Shown: positions 1 to 13,088, counted from the stretch's first letter. The stretch: DNA of 64,000 bases from Malacoraja senta (GCA_038087875.1 JAXLNO010000110.1:496001-560000), one strand, 5' to 3'. The notes: a model not told the origin generated them from the sequence alone. Made by a program: numbers and translations.

Positions 1-107
1 ATTGATTTCTCTAACTTCACGTGACCCTTGCTTTCCCTCTCTCTCCATCCCTCCCCCACCCTAGTTCTCCGACCAGTCCCACTGTCCTGATTACATTTTA
101 TCTTTAT

Positions 108-452
108 CATGAGAGGGATAGATTGGGTAGATACACAGAGTATCTTGCCCAGAGCAGGGGAATCGAGGACCAGAGGACATAGGTTCAAGGTGAGGGGGAA
201 TTGATTTAATAGGAATCCGAGGGGTATCCTTTTCACACAAAGGGTGGTGGGTGTATGGAACAAGCTGCCAGAGGAGGTAGTTGAGGCTGGGACTATCCCA
301 ACATTCAAGAAACAGTTAGACAGGTACATGGATAGGACAAGTTTGGAGGGATCTGGACCAAGCGCAGGCAGGTGGGACTCGTGTAGCTGGGACATGTTGG
401 CCGGTGTGGGCAAGTTGGGCGGAAGGGCCTGTTACCACACTGTATCACTCTA
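108..452 (+). mobile_element. CR1-type LINE 3' fragment
   Basis: Encodes the CR1 ORF2 tail (TRGH..., RVVGVWNKLPEEVVEAGTIPTFKKQLDRYM). A similar copy lies at about 9550-10005(-). Confidence 0.8.
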
Positions 453-454
453 TA

Positions 455-1585
455 GTCAAGTCAAGACTCAAGAGAGTTTATTGTCATGTGTCCCAGATAG
501 GACAATGAAATTCTTGCTTGCTGCAGCACAGAGTGTTGTAAGCATAAATACAGAATAGTGTGTCTATATAGCATAGACTATATATATACACACACACAAA
601 TAAACAGATAAAGTGCAATAGGCTGCTATAGTTCAGAGTTTATTTGATGGCAAGTTTAATAGCCTGATGGCTGTGGGGAAGAAACTGTTCCTGAACCTGG
701 ATGCACCAGATTTCAGGCTCCTGTACCTTCTACCTGATGGCAGCGGAGAGATGATTGTGTGGCCGGGATGGTGTGGGTCCTTGATGTTGGCAGCCATTTT
801 GCGGCAGCAACTGCGATAGATCCCTTCGATGGTGGGGAGGTCAGAGCCGATGATGGACTGGTCAGTGGTCACAACTTTCTGCATTCTTTTCCGCTCCTGG
901 AAGCGCAAGTTGCCGAACCAAGTCACGATGCAACCAGTCAGTATGCTCTCTACTGTGCACCTGTAGAAGTTCGACAGAGTCCTCTTTGACATACCGACTC
1001 TCCGTAATCTTCTCAGGAAGTAGAGGCGATGATGTGCTTTCTTTATAATTGCATCAGTGTGCTGGGACCAGGAAAGATCTTCGGAAATATGCACGCCCAG
1101 GAATTTGAAGTTCTTGACCCTTTCCACCATTGTCCCGTTGATATAAACGGGACTGTGGGTCCCTATCCTACCCCTTCCAAAGTCCACAATCAGTTCCTTG
1201 GTTTTGCTGGTGTTGAGGGCCAGGTTATTGTGCTGGCACCATTTGGTCAATCGGTCGATCTCACTTCTATACTCTGACTCGTCATCATCAGTGATTTGTG
1301 CCACAACAGTGATGTCGTCAGCGAATTTGATGATGGAGTTCGCACTATGTCCAGCTACACAGTCATGAGTATAGAGTGAGTACAGCAGGGGGCTGAGCAC
1401 GCAGCCTTGAGGTGCTCCCGTGCTGATTGTTATCGAGGATGACACCTTTCCACCAATATGGACAGACTGTGGTCTGTGGATGAGGAAGTCGAGGATCCAA
1501 TTGCAGAGGGTTGCGCAAAGACCCAGATCCGTGAGCTTGGTAACCAGCTTGGAGGGGATGATGGTAATAAATGGCGAGCTGTAGT
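455..1585 (-). mobile_element. Rex1/Babar-type LINE, 5'-truncated (RT and C-terminus)
   Basis: ORF 633..1445 has [30 protein letters not shown] and [13 protein letters not shown]. The 3' tail is stem-loop + GACAATAAA + (CTTGA)n. Confidence 0.85.
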
Positions 1586-1786
1586 CTGTGGGGGAGGGAG
1601 GGTGTGGGGGAGAGGTTTGTAATCTTCCACCGATCGGAACAAAACTTGGTGCGCTTGGAGCAGAGGAGAACGGTGAGTAAGGTGGCGAGTAATCTTTGCG
1701 ATTATAGGGTAGCGTTTTTGCACAAATTTAAAAACACCGCAGACCTGAAGTGGTCAAGATGAGAGTTTTAGTAACAGGATAGATAG
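1586..1786 (-). mobile_element. Probable Helitron 5'-end fragment
   Basis: Shares GAAGTGGTCAAG..AGAGTTTTAGT..ATAGAT with the terminus of the element at 39539-41178. Confidence 0.45.
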
Positions 1787-3167
1787 ATGGGTCAGGTATG
1801 GACAACTGGGACTAACGGCTGGAGCATCTTGGTCAGCATATACAAGTTGGACTGAAGGACCCGTTTCAATGCTGTATGACACTATGATATGCAGCCAGTA
1901 TTGGAAGGTGTAACTGAGGCAAAACATTATTTTTAATTTTTAAATCAGCCATAGTTTTATGAATTGTGGAGCAGGGTATAAATTAACTTGATTTTGTGCT
2001 GATAGTATAACTGTAGCCCAGCTAACTGGGATCGATGCGGATCCATCGAGTATGTACATGCTTTAGATCATTAAATAACATGAAATATGTGAAAGCGGTT
2101 CTTCTTACTTGCAATAAGCTGTTGTGTAAAATAAATGTCAGACTCAAAGATCAATGACAGGCTCTGGGCAACGATCCCACTACAACTCCTCAGCCTGTAC
2201 AGATGTTAATTTGCAGCAACTATTTTGCTTTGTTACAGTTCAAATTCTAATATCGCACTTTTCAAGAGATAGATTTAGCTCTAAGGGCTAACGGAATCAA
2301 GGGATATGTGGAAAAAGCAGGAACGGGGCACTGATTTTGGATGGTCATATTGAATGGCGGTGCTGGCTCGGAGGGCCGAATGGCCTACTCCTGTACCAAT
2401 TTTCTATGTTTCTATGTTTCCAAAGACTGGGTTTACAGCGCATTTAGTGCGGCACAGTGTCGCAGCGGGAGAGCTACTGCCTCACAGCGCCAGAGACCTG
2501 GGTTCAATCCTGACTACGGGTGCTGTCTGTACAGAGTTTGCACGTTCTCCCTGTAACCGTGTGGGTTTTCTCCAGGTGCTGAGGGTTCCTCCCACACTCC
2601 AAAGATGTACAGGTTTGTAGGTTATTTGGCTTGGTATAAAATGTAAATTAGTGTGTGTAGGGTAGTTTTGGTGAACTAAATTTTTTTTAGTTTTCAAATT
2701 TTAGTTTTAGAGATACAGTGTCAAAATAGGCCCTTCGGCCCACCGAGCCCACGCCCACCAGCGATCACCCCGTACACTGGTTCCATCCTACACACCAGGG
2801 ACAATTTACAGAAGCCAATTAAGCTGCACACCCACGTCTTTAGAGAGTGGGAAGAATCCGGAACAAACCCACACAATCACAGGGTTAACACAAAGGTAGA
2901 CACAAAATGCTGGGGTAACTCAGCGGGACAGACAGGCAGCATCTCTGGAGAGAAGGAATGGGTGAGGTTTCGGGTTGTGACCCTTCTTCAGTCACAGGGT
3001 TAACGTACAAACTCCACACAGACAGCACCAGTAGTCAGGATTGAACCCAGGTCTATGGTGTTGTAAGGCAGCAACTCTGCCGCTCCACCGCTGTGCCACC
3101 CTTTCTTGGATGCTTGCTCTCGTTATGGTTTTACTTTCAAATGGTGCGGATACTTGTCGTGGGCAGC

Positions 3168-3455
3168 CACGGTGGCACAGCGGTAGAGTTGCTGCCTTAC
3201 AGCGCTGGGTTCTATCCCAACTATGGGCGCTGTCTGTACATTCTCACCGTGACCAGGTGGGGTTTTCTCCGAGATCTTCGGTTTCCTCCCACACTCCAAA
3301 GACGTACAGGTTTGTAGGTTAATTGGCTTGGTGTGTGTGTAAATTGTCCCTAGTATGTGTAGGGTGGTGTTAATGTGCGGGGATTGCTGATCGATGCGGA
3401 CTCGATGGGGCGAAGGACCTGTTTCCGCACTGTATCTCTAAACTAAATTAAACTG
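3168..3455 (+). mobile_element. tRNA-derived V-SINE (HE1-like), representative copy
   Basis: Family structure is a tRNA-like head (GGCGCAGCGGTAGAG..GGTTC), a V-domain (GGAGTTTGTACGTTCTCCCCGTG..TTTCCTCCCACACTCCAAAGAC), a CR1-like tail and (CTAAA)n. More than 25 copies, e.g. 2449(+), 5542(+), 6416(+), 10050-10338(-), 12490-12790(-), 23262(+), 38640-38948(-), 45070(+), 57780(+), 62950-63270(-). Confidence 0.8.
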
Positions 3456-4060
3456 CATTCCAGAGCAAGATTCAACACTTATATCTGCAAAGGTATTTAA
3501 TACCAGACCACAAGAGTGTAAAACTAGCCATGGGAAGTCAAGACCACAGAATAAACAAAAGATGTTGCCAGGACTTGAGGGCCTGCATTATAGGGTGAGG
3601 TTGGACAGACTTGGACTTTATCCCCTGTCTGAAGTCTCCTTTGACTGGGGGTGGTGGGGGATGATGTTATAGGTATATAAAATCACGAGGGAAATAGTTA
3701 GGGTGAACACACATGGTATTTTTCCTCAGGGTTACGAAATCAAGAATTAGAACGCCTTGGCTTAAGAGGGGAAAGATTTAATAGGCAGCTGAGGAGCAAC
3801 TTTTTCCACACAGAGGGCAGTGAGTACATGGAACGAGCTGCCAGAGGAAGTGGCTGAGGTAGATACAATAACAACTTTTTGTAAGACAGAACACGGATAG
3901 GAAAGGTTTAGAGATACGAGTCAAATGCATGGAAATGGGTCGAGCGTATGTGGACATTTGGGTCAGCAGAGTTGAGTTGGGCCGAAGGGCCTGTTCCCGT
4001 GCAGTCTGTCTCTAAAGGCTGGCTGCGATATAGCTTTAGCTAATATAGACAGAGACTCCA

Positions 4061-4909
4061 CTTCCGGAAGTGGCGGCGCTGTCGTACAGCAGCGGCTCGC
4101 CTGCAGTCCGTCTGTCTTTACTTTTTTTGTTGTTTTCTTTTGTCCTGTTTTAGTTACATTTTAGTTTATTGGGTTGTGTATGTGTGGGTGGGGGGTGAAA
4201 CATGACTTTTGTCTCTTCCTTCGGGGGAATGCGACTTGTTCTTGTCGTATCCCCCTTCTCTGCCTCCGTCTGCGCTGAGGCCTAATGGCGGAGCTGCCGG
4301 CCTCCAACTCCAGCTGCGAGCAACCGACCGACCTCGAGGCTCCGGAGGCAGAGCCAGGACTTACCAGCACGGGGCTGGCCTGCTTCGGGGCTGCGGTGGC
4401 GTTCCGGCGGTGGCGACCAAAGACACTGGTGGCGACCTGAATCCGGGGCTCGGCCGCGGGCCCGGTGGACGACATCTTCGGGAGCGCGCAGGTCACAGGT
4501 TGGTGACCTGTTTTTCTGGGGCTCCCGCAACTACAGCTGCGTCCGCTGGACTGGAGGGCAGCAGCCTCGGCCAACCCGGGCCGCCGGAGTTTGAACCGGC
4601 CCGTCGCGGACGGAACACGGATTCAGCCGCGGAATTGCCTTACTTACCATCACCCGGTGGGGTCACAACATCAGAAGCCTGGATCACCTCAGCGCAGAGG
4701 GAGAACAAGGAGGGAAGAGACAGAGACTTTAAGACTTTTGCCTCCATCACAGTGAGGAGGTGCCTGGTGAACTCACTTTGGTGGATGTTAATTTGTGTTT
4801 ATTGTGTGTTTTGTTATTTATTATTATATGTATGACTGCAGGCAACGAAATTTCGTTCAGACCGAAAGGTCTGAATGACAAATAAAGGAATCTCTAATCT
4901 CTCTAATCT
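4061..4909 (+). mobile_element. GC-rich non-autonomous retroposon, representative of a 7-copy family
   Basis: Shares modules with 6900-7460, 13187-13590, 23530-24035(-), 28042-28434, 30367-31173 and 31920-32342(-). 3' end is stem-loop + GACAAATAAA + (ATCTCTA)n. Confidence 0.65.
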
Positions 4910-4978
4910 CACTGTGAGGTGTATGCCTGCCCACTACCAGGAGGTGCCACTATGCACTCCAAAATGCTCAAAGCCTCA

Positions 4979-5325
4979 AGGGCCTGTCCCACTGTACGAG
5001 GTATTTCACGAGTTCTCCCGAGTTTCCCCCCTGATTCGAACTCAGAGAATATCCGTAGCGGGTCCGTAGGAGATCGTGGATGTCCCGTAGCGGCTCGTAA
5101 TGCTAACGGTAGGTACTCGGGAAATCCGGTAAACTCGTGACGTTTTTTCAACACTGTGAAAAATGTCCACGAGTAAAAAAATACTCGTGATGAAAAATAT
5201 TGTTACTTTTTACTCGTACGAGTCGTTACGAGACATCCACGAATTCCCACGGACATTCTCCGAATTCGAATCAGGGGAAAACTCGTGAGAACTCTTGAAT
5301 TACCTCGTACAGTGGGACAGGCCCT
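4979..5325. mobile_element. PIF/Harbinger-type MITE
   Basis: Terminal inverted repeats AGGGCCTGTCCCACTGTACGAGGTA / TACCTCGTACAGTGGGACAGGCCCT, with a 3-bp TCA duplication on both sides. Confidence 0.75.
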
Positions 5326-8300
5326 TCAATCTTCTATGACCTGTGTCACAACACGTAAACAAGCTCTTGTGCCCGACAAAATAATACAGACAGTGCCAGA
5401 AACACTCGGCAGATCAGACAGCGTCTGTGGAAAGTGAAACAGAGTCAATGTTTCAGGTCCCCTTGTTCAAACTGGTGTACAATCAACTTACCGTCAAGAC
5501 AGTGTAGAGTAATCACAGCTTTGAGACAACATCTACAGTACGGTGGAGCAGCGGTAGAGTTGCTGCCTCACAGCGTCAGAGGCCCGAGCTCCATCTTGAC
5601 TATGGGTGCTGTCTGTGCGGAGTTCGTACGTTCTCCCCGTGACCTGCGTGGGTTTTCTCCGGGATCTCCGGTTTCCACGCACACTCCAAAAACGTGCAGG
5701 TTTGTAGATAAAGTGTCTTGGTATAATTGTAAAGTATCCCTAGTGTGTGTAGGATAGTGTAAGTGTGCAGGGATCGCTGGTCGGTGCGGACTCGATGGGC
5801 CGAAAGGCCTGTTTCCACACTGTATCTCTAAACTAAACTACAGTTCATGTGCACTGTGAGCTGGGGGGAGAGAATCTCATTGATATAGATCCAACTAATG
5901 CTTTGCTTTTATGCTAAGCTCCCCACCTGAAGGGTGATGGTCTCTGGAGTGGAACCTCTCTTCAACCCCCTCCTCTCTGATACAAGAGGCGGGTGTCGAG
6001 CCCATCGATGGGCTTCGTTCTCCCCCCCAGTTTCATCCATGGTTTGGGATCTGCCTCACTGGCAAGGCCAGCGTTTGACGACTCTGGGCCTGTACTCACT
6101 GGAGTTTGGAAGGATGAGGGGTAGCTCATTGAAATGTACCGAATAACGAAAGGCCTGGATAGAGTGGATGTGGAGAGGATGTTTCCACTCGTAGGAGAGT
6201 CTAGGATCAGAGAGCACAGCCTCAGAATGATAGGGAGGCGAGGAGGAATTTTCCGTATTTTGCCTGGTTGGTGAATCTGTGGAATTAGTTGCCACGGATG
6301 GCTGTGGACAAGTTATTGGGTATTTTTCAAGCTGAGGTTGACAGGTTCTTGTTTAGTAAGGGTGTCAAAGGCTACAGGGAGGAGGCAGCAGAATGGGGTT
6401 GAGAGGGAAAAATAGTGGCGGAGTGGCGCAGCGGTAGAGTTGCTGCCTTACAGCACTGGAGACCCGGGTTCTATCCTGAACACGGGTGCTGTCCGTACGG
6501 AGTTTGCAGGTTCTCCCTGTGACCACGTGGCTTTTCTCCGGATGCTCCGGTTTCCCCCCACACTCCATAGATGTACAGGTTTGTAGATTAGACAAAAATG
6601 CTGGAGAAACTCAGCGGGTGAGGCAGCATCTATGGAGCGAAGGAAATAGGTAACGTTTCAGGTCGAAACCCTTCTTCAGACCCGAAACATTGCCCATTTC
6701 CTTCGCTCCATAGATGCTGCCTCACCCGCTGAGTTTCTCCAGCATTTTTGTCTACCTTCGATTTTCCAGCATCTGCAGTTCCTTCTTAAACAGGTTTGTA
6801 GATTAATTACCCCGATTGTGTAGGATTGAACTAGTGTACAGGTGATCATTAGTCGGCATGGATTCGTGCCCAAAGGGCTTATTTCAACACTGTATCTCCA
6901 CCGGGTGGCGCCAGCAATGGCTGCCTCGCCAACAGTCTGTCTGTCCCTTCCTTCTTTGTTGTTTGTTCGTATGTGTTAAATGTACGTTTTTAGTGTTCTT
7001 TAGCTTGTTTTATGTGGGGGGGGTGAAGTAGGGGGAAACTTTTTCTAATCTCTTACCCCGAAGGAGATGCAATTGTTTTCCGTATCGTATCTCGGTCCGC
7101 ACTGCAGCCTAACATCGAGGAGTTGGCGGCCTCTGTTGGAGTCCGACTTCGAGAGCTCCACCGCGGGAGCCTGCAGACTTTAACATCGTGGAGCTCGCGG
7201 TCTCTGGTGAGAGACCGACTTCGGGAACTCCAAGACGCAAGAGCTTCAACCACCCTGACCGCGGGAGAATAAAGAGGAAGAAGAGTAGACTTTATTGCCT
7301 TCCTTCACAGTGAGGAATGTGGGGAATCCGCTGAGGTGGGTGTTTATGTTAACTTTTATCCACTTGCTTTTTATGCAGTTGCTTTTTTTTAGTATGGCTG
7401 AATGGTAATTTGAATTTCAATGTACCTTAATTGGTACATGTGACATAAAGTGACCTCGAAAGAAAAAAAACCCTAAAATCAGCCCTGATTGAATGGCGGA
7501 GCAGACTGGATGGGCCGACTGCTCCAATGTCTTATGATCTTATACACTATAGCAACTCTATGATAGTACTTAGTGGTACGTGTGCAAGATATAAATGCCA
7601 TGCCATCCCTTGCTAATACACCAGAGATCTTTCCTCACGACTAGGTCCAAGTCCTACAAGTTGCCGCACAAATATACTATAGAGGTAGCAATAACTATTT
7701 TATCCAACTTCAAGTAACCCTTGCTTTCCCTCTCGCCCACCCGTACCTCCCTCACCATAGTTCTCCGACTAGCTTCGCTATCCTGATTAATTTTACTGTT
7801 TGTATGCTTCCTTGTCACCTTCCCCATAGCTAACAATGAACCATTCTACATTTCCTTATCATCGTCAGCTTTGATCTGTCGTTTTCACACCTTACCCTTC
7901 CATATCTCTAGACTCCCTCTCCCCTGAGTCTCAGTCTAAAGGGTCTCAACCCAAAGCGTCACCCATTCCTTCCCTCCTGAGATGCTGCCTGTCCCGCTGA
8001 GTTACTCCAGCATTTTGTGACTATCTTCGGTTTAAATCTGTAGTTCCTTCCTACACCCATCTATTTATTAGATCGCCCCTCAGCTTTCTGCGCTCCAAGG
8101 AAAAGAGTCCTAGCTTGCCCAACCTCTCCCTGTAGCTGAGGCCCTCGAGTCCTGGCAACATCGCATGTTCCTCTCACCTTAAACCTACGTGCTCTAGATT
8201 CCCCTACCTTGGGTGAAAGACTGTGCATTCAACAGAAGATATGCAAAATGCTGGAGACAGGCGGCATCTCAGGAGAGAAGTAATGGGTGAGGTTTCGGGT

Positions 8301-8764
8301 CGACACCATTCTTCAGACCAAAGACATATCGAACAGAGCCCAGATGTCCAGAGCCGAAACGTCACCCATTCCTTCTCTCCAGAGATGCTGCCTGTCCCGC
8401 TGAGTTACCCCAGCACTTTGTGTCCATCTTCAGTTTAAAACATTCCCTGAACACCTCCGCTCAGTCCGTCTTAACCAAACTGATCTCCTGGTGGCTCAGC
8501 ACTTCAACTCCCCCTCCCATTCCAACACTGACCTTTCTGTCCTGGACCTCCGCCATTGTCAGAGTGAGGCCCAGCACAACTTGGAAGAATAGCACCTCAT
8601 ATTTCGCTTGGGTAGTTTACACCCCAGCGGTATGAACATTGACTTCTCTAACTCTCTCTCTCTCTCCCTCTCCATTTCCGCCCCCACTTCCCAGTTCTCC
8701 CACTAGTCCCACTGTCTCCGCCTACATTCTTTCTTTGTCCTACCGCCCCTCCCCTGACATGAGT

Positions 8765-8792
8765 CTGAAGAAGGGTCTCGACCCGAAACGTC
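8765..8792 (+). ncRNA. Minimal hammerhead-ribozyme-like core in a Penelope terminal repeat (representative copy)
   Basis: CUGAAGA-A-GGGUC(UC)GACCC-GAAAC-GUC gives a CUGANGA box, helix II, GAAA, palindromic ACGU helix III and a GUC site. Helix I is weak. Confidence 0.55.
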
Positions 8793-10510
8793 GCCCATTC
8801 CTTCTCTCCATAGATGCTGCCTCACCCGCTGAGTTTCTCCAGCATTTTGTGTCTATCTGCAGTTCTTTCCTCCACTGTGCATTCACACCATCTATTCCTC
8901 TCATGATTTTACACACTTCTACAAGAACCAGGTACCAACAACACACAGGCACAACAGATTACGGTGGTGGCTCACCTTCTCAAGGGTAAGCTGCACATAT
9001 ACCACAAACACTGGCCACCTTGGCACCGCTGATAACACAGTTAATTATTAGGGAAACAGAAGCACAAGTTTGTTGCAAATGCTGGACAAATCTGACGACA
9101 TTCCACACTCAGCGATTTATTATGCTTTTGTTTTAAACTGATTATGCTTTGACAGCTCAGGCAGCATCTGCAGTCTCTCGAGTCTCCCTGAAGGCTTCGT
9201 TTACAGCACATCCTAAAGACATGATCTCCACAACAATAGAGATAAGAGGCAAGAAATGCCCTTTCCAGCTGTGACCACAGCTCTCCAGTGGTACAGCGCA
9301 TAGTAATTGCAACCAAATCAGGTGATGATTCCACAAATTTATATTATTAATAAGATAGACACACACACATGTCCTGCCCGTGCCACATTACGTGCGATGC
9401 AAGGCCTGGTGCACCACTACGAGCAGAAGATAAAAATGTTCAATAATAATAATAATAATAATAGATTTTATTTATATAGCGCTTTTCAGGACTCAAAGTC
9501 GCTTTTCAGGACTCAAAGTGTGTTCAATGAACTTCTTGTAACTTTGTCAGTGGCAGCAATGTGGTCATAGAGTAACACAGCGTGGAAACAGGCCATTCGG
9601 CCCAACTTGCCCACACTGGCCAACAATGTCCTAGTTACACTAGTCTCACCTGCCTGCGCTGCGCTTGGTCCATATCCCTCCAAACCTATCCTATCCATGT
9701 ACCTGTCTAGCTGTTTCTTAAACGTTGGGATAGTCCCAGCCTCAACTACCTCCTCTGGCAGCTTGTTCCATACACCCACCACCCGGTGTGAAAAAGTTAC
9801 CCCTCAGATTCCTATTAAATCTTTCCCCCTTCACCTTGAAACTATGCCCTTTGGTCCTCGATTCCCCTACTCTGGGCAAGAGACTCTGTGCGTTTACCCG
9901 ATCTATTCCTTTCATGATTTATACACCTCTATAAGATCACCCCTCATCCTCCTGCGTTCCAGGGAATAAAGTCCCAGCCTAATCAACCTCTCCCTGCAGC
10001 TCAGAACTCTTACATTGAGTTGGTTTCTTACATTGGTGACTCTTTGCCTCGATTTAGTTTAAAGATACAGCGCAAAAACAGGCCCTTCATCCCAACGAGT
10101 CCGCTCCGACCGGCGATCCTCGCACTCTAGCACTATCCTACACACACTTGGAACACAATCTTACCTAGAAAATTAGCCTACAAATCTTTGGAGTGCAGAG
10201 GAAACCGGAGCACCTGGTGAAAACCCACACAGGTCACAGGGAGAACGTCCAAACTCCATACAGATAGCACCCGCAGTCAGGATTGAACCCGGGTTTCTGG
10301 CGCGGCGAGGCAGCAACTCTACCACTGTGCCACCGTGTCAGTGAGGTCTGCTTTATGATTTTACCAGGTTGTACAAAAAACAAAGCATTTCACTGACAAC
10401 TCCATTGAATAAAGGGAAGACTATCTTCAGAGAATATTCCTGGCGGTTTGTATTTTGCTTTAAGATTTAGAAAAAAACAACATTTATAAGCCTACCCAAA
10501 TCTTTTAACC

Positions 10511-12205
10511 ACTCTCTAGGCCCTCACCCCTCATCTTCACCATGGACGTCCAGTCACTCTACACCTCCATCCCCCACCAGGATGGTCTCAAAGCCCTCCG
10601 GTTCTTCCTCGACCAGAGAAGCAACCTATACCCAGCCACTGACACCCTCCCCCGCTGGTCCTTACCCTCAATAACTTCTCGTTTGACTCCTCCCATTTCC
10701 TCCAAATACAAGGCGTAGCTATGGGCACACGCATGGGCCCCAGCTACGCCTGCCTCTTTGTCGGGTACGTCAAACAATCCTTGTTCAATACGTACCAGGG
10801 CCCCATCCCCGACCTCTACCTCCGCTACATTGACGGACTGCTTTGGTGCCACCTCCTGCACCCACACACAACTGACTGACTTCATCCACTTCACCACCAA
10901 CTTCCATCTGGCACTCAAATACACCTGGACCATTTCCGACACTTCCCTACCATTCCTTGACCTCACTATCTCCATCGCAGGTGATAGACTTCTGACCGAC
11001 ATCCACTATAAACCTACTGACTCCCATGTCTGAAGAAGGGTTTCTGCCCGAAACCTTGCCTATTTCCTTCGCTCCATAGATGCTGCTGCACCCGCTGAGT
11101 TTCTCCAGCATTTTTGTGTACCTCTGACTCCCATGGCTATCTGGACTACACTTCTTCCCACCCTGCTTCCTGTAAGGACTCATCCCCTACTCCCAATTCC
11201 TCCTTCCTATGCCGCATCTGCTCCCAGGATGAGGCGTTCCACACCAGGGCATCTGAAATGTCCTCATTCTTCAGGGAACGGGGGTTCCCTCCTCCACCAT
11301 AGATGAGGCTCGCACCAGGGTCTCTTCCATACCCCGCAACACTGCTCTCTCTCCCCATCCCCCCACTCGCAACAAGGCAGAGTCCCCTAGTCCTCACCTT
11401 TCACCCACCAGCCGTCACATACAAGTAATCCCCCGTCAGTTTCGCCACCTCCAACGTGACCCCACCACTCGCCACATCTTCCCATCTCCCCCTATGTCTG
11501 CCTTCCGCAAAGACCCCGCTCCCTCCGTAACTACCTTGTCAATTCTTCCCTTCCCTCCCGTACCACTCCCTCCCCGGGCACTTTCCCTTGCAACTGCAAG
11601 AGATGCAAACACTTGTCCCTTCACCTCCCCCCCTCGACTCCATTCAAGGACCCAAGCAGTCGTTCCAGGTGCGACAGAGGTTCACCTGCATCTCCTCCAA
11701 CCTCATCTATTGCATCCGCTGCTCTAGATGTCAGCTGATCTACATCGGGTGAGACCAAGCGGAGGCTTGGCGATCGATTCACCGAACACCTCCGCCGCTC
11801 GGTCCGCAATAACCAACCTGACCTCCCGGTGGCTCAGCCCTTCAACTCCCCCTCCCATTCCGTATCCGACCTCTCTGTCCTGGGTCTCCTCCATGGCCAG
11901 AGCGAGCAACACCGGAAATTGGATGAACACCCGAAATCGGATATTCCGCTTGGGGAGTCTGCATCCTGGGGGCATGAACATTGAATTCTCCCATTTTGCT
12001 AGCCCTTGCTGTCTCCTCCCGTTCCTCAGCCCTCGGGCTGTCTCCTCCCATCCCTCAGCCCTCGGGCTCCTCCTCCGCCTTTTCCTTTCTTCTCCCCACC
12101 CCCCAACAGTCTGAAGAAGGGTTTTGGCCCGAAACGTTGCCTATTGCCTTCGCTCCATAGATGCTGCTGCACCCGCTGAGTTTCTCCAGCATTTTTGTGT
12201 ACCTT
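10511..12205 (+). mobile_element. Penelope-like retroelement, 5'-truncated and frameshifted (RT + GIY-YIG + terminal repeat)
   Basis: Close copy of about 19900-21500 with many small indels. Contains a 95-bp nested terminal-repeat unit at 11029-11123. Confidence 0.88.
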
Positions 12206-12815
12206 CTTTTAACAGGGCATTGTGTTCAGGACTGACATTGTGGGCCGAAGGGCCTGTGCTGTACGAGAAACAAGCATTTTACCCAGGGTTACGCGCTTGA
12301 AAAGCAACGTGCAAATCAAACAACGCACACATGAAACCTATGCTCCAATGCTGCCACACAGCGCCAGGCAGAAATTTCAGCATGTTATTCAGAAAATAGG
12401 AGCGTGTAAATTAAACTTCGGTAGTAATTAGACAAGCGTGTTATTCTAAATACATGTAAATCAAGCACGTGTCAAATGTGAGGTGCCTCTAGTTTAGTTT
12501 AGATGCAGCATGGAAACAGGCCCTTCGGCCCACGCCGACCAGCAATCACCCTGTATACTAGCACGATCCTACACACCGGGGATATTCTGCCATCTTTACC
12601 AAAGCTAATCAACCTACAAAACTGCACGTCTTTGGAATGTGGGAGGAAACCGGAGATCCTGGAGAAAACCCACACAGGTCACAGGGAGAACATACAAACT
12701 CCGTACAGACAGCACCTGCAGTCAGGATCGAACCTGGGTCTCTGGCTCTCTGAGGCAGCAACTCTACCGCTGCGCTGACCCATACCGCCCTGTACTGTTC
12801 TGTGTTCTACCTTAC

Positions 12816-12929
12816 CTGCTGCTTCATCGACTGAAAGTTCATTGGCCAAGATTCCACCGATCTTACTAAAGGAGGGCATCTGTATTCCATATTTGTCCAA
12901 CTCAGTTTTCATGTTATTGATCTCCTCCT
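12816..12929 (-). CDS. IQGAP3: IQGAP3-like exon 7 (EEEINNMKTELDKYGIQMPSFSKIGGILANELSVDEAA)
   Basis: 114 bp, CAG/GTAAGG boundaries, highly conserved IQGAP peptide. The gene presumably continues beyond base 1. Confidence 0.95.
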
Positions 12930-13088
12930 CTGTAAGGAAAGCAAGAGTTCAGAAGTTAAGCAAGCCGAGTAAAATACGAGTGACGTTCCACCAACATCCA
13001 AGGAGAATGAAGCAGTCAGCACAACTGATACCCCAACTCTAGCCTTGAGCCATCACTCTTCCATGGTAACTGCAGTCATGAACTATAG

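Noticed and set aside
4209..4835. 208-aa ORF and overlapping antisense ORFs
   Set aside because: Lie in a GC-rich dispersed repeat; no domain is recognisable and the frame is not kept in other copies.
9157..9366. Possible IQGAP exon 8 (AVNEAF similarity)
   Set aside because: No VHAAV.AINEA match and no suitable splice sites; exon 8 is probably outside the window.
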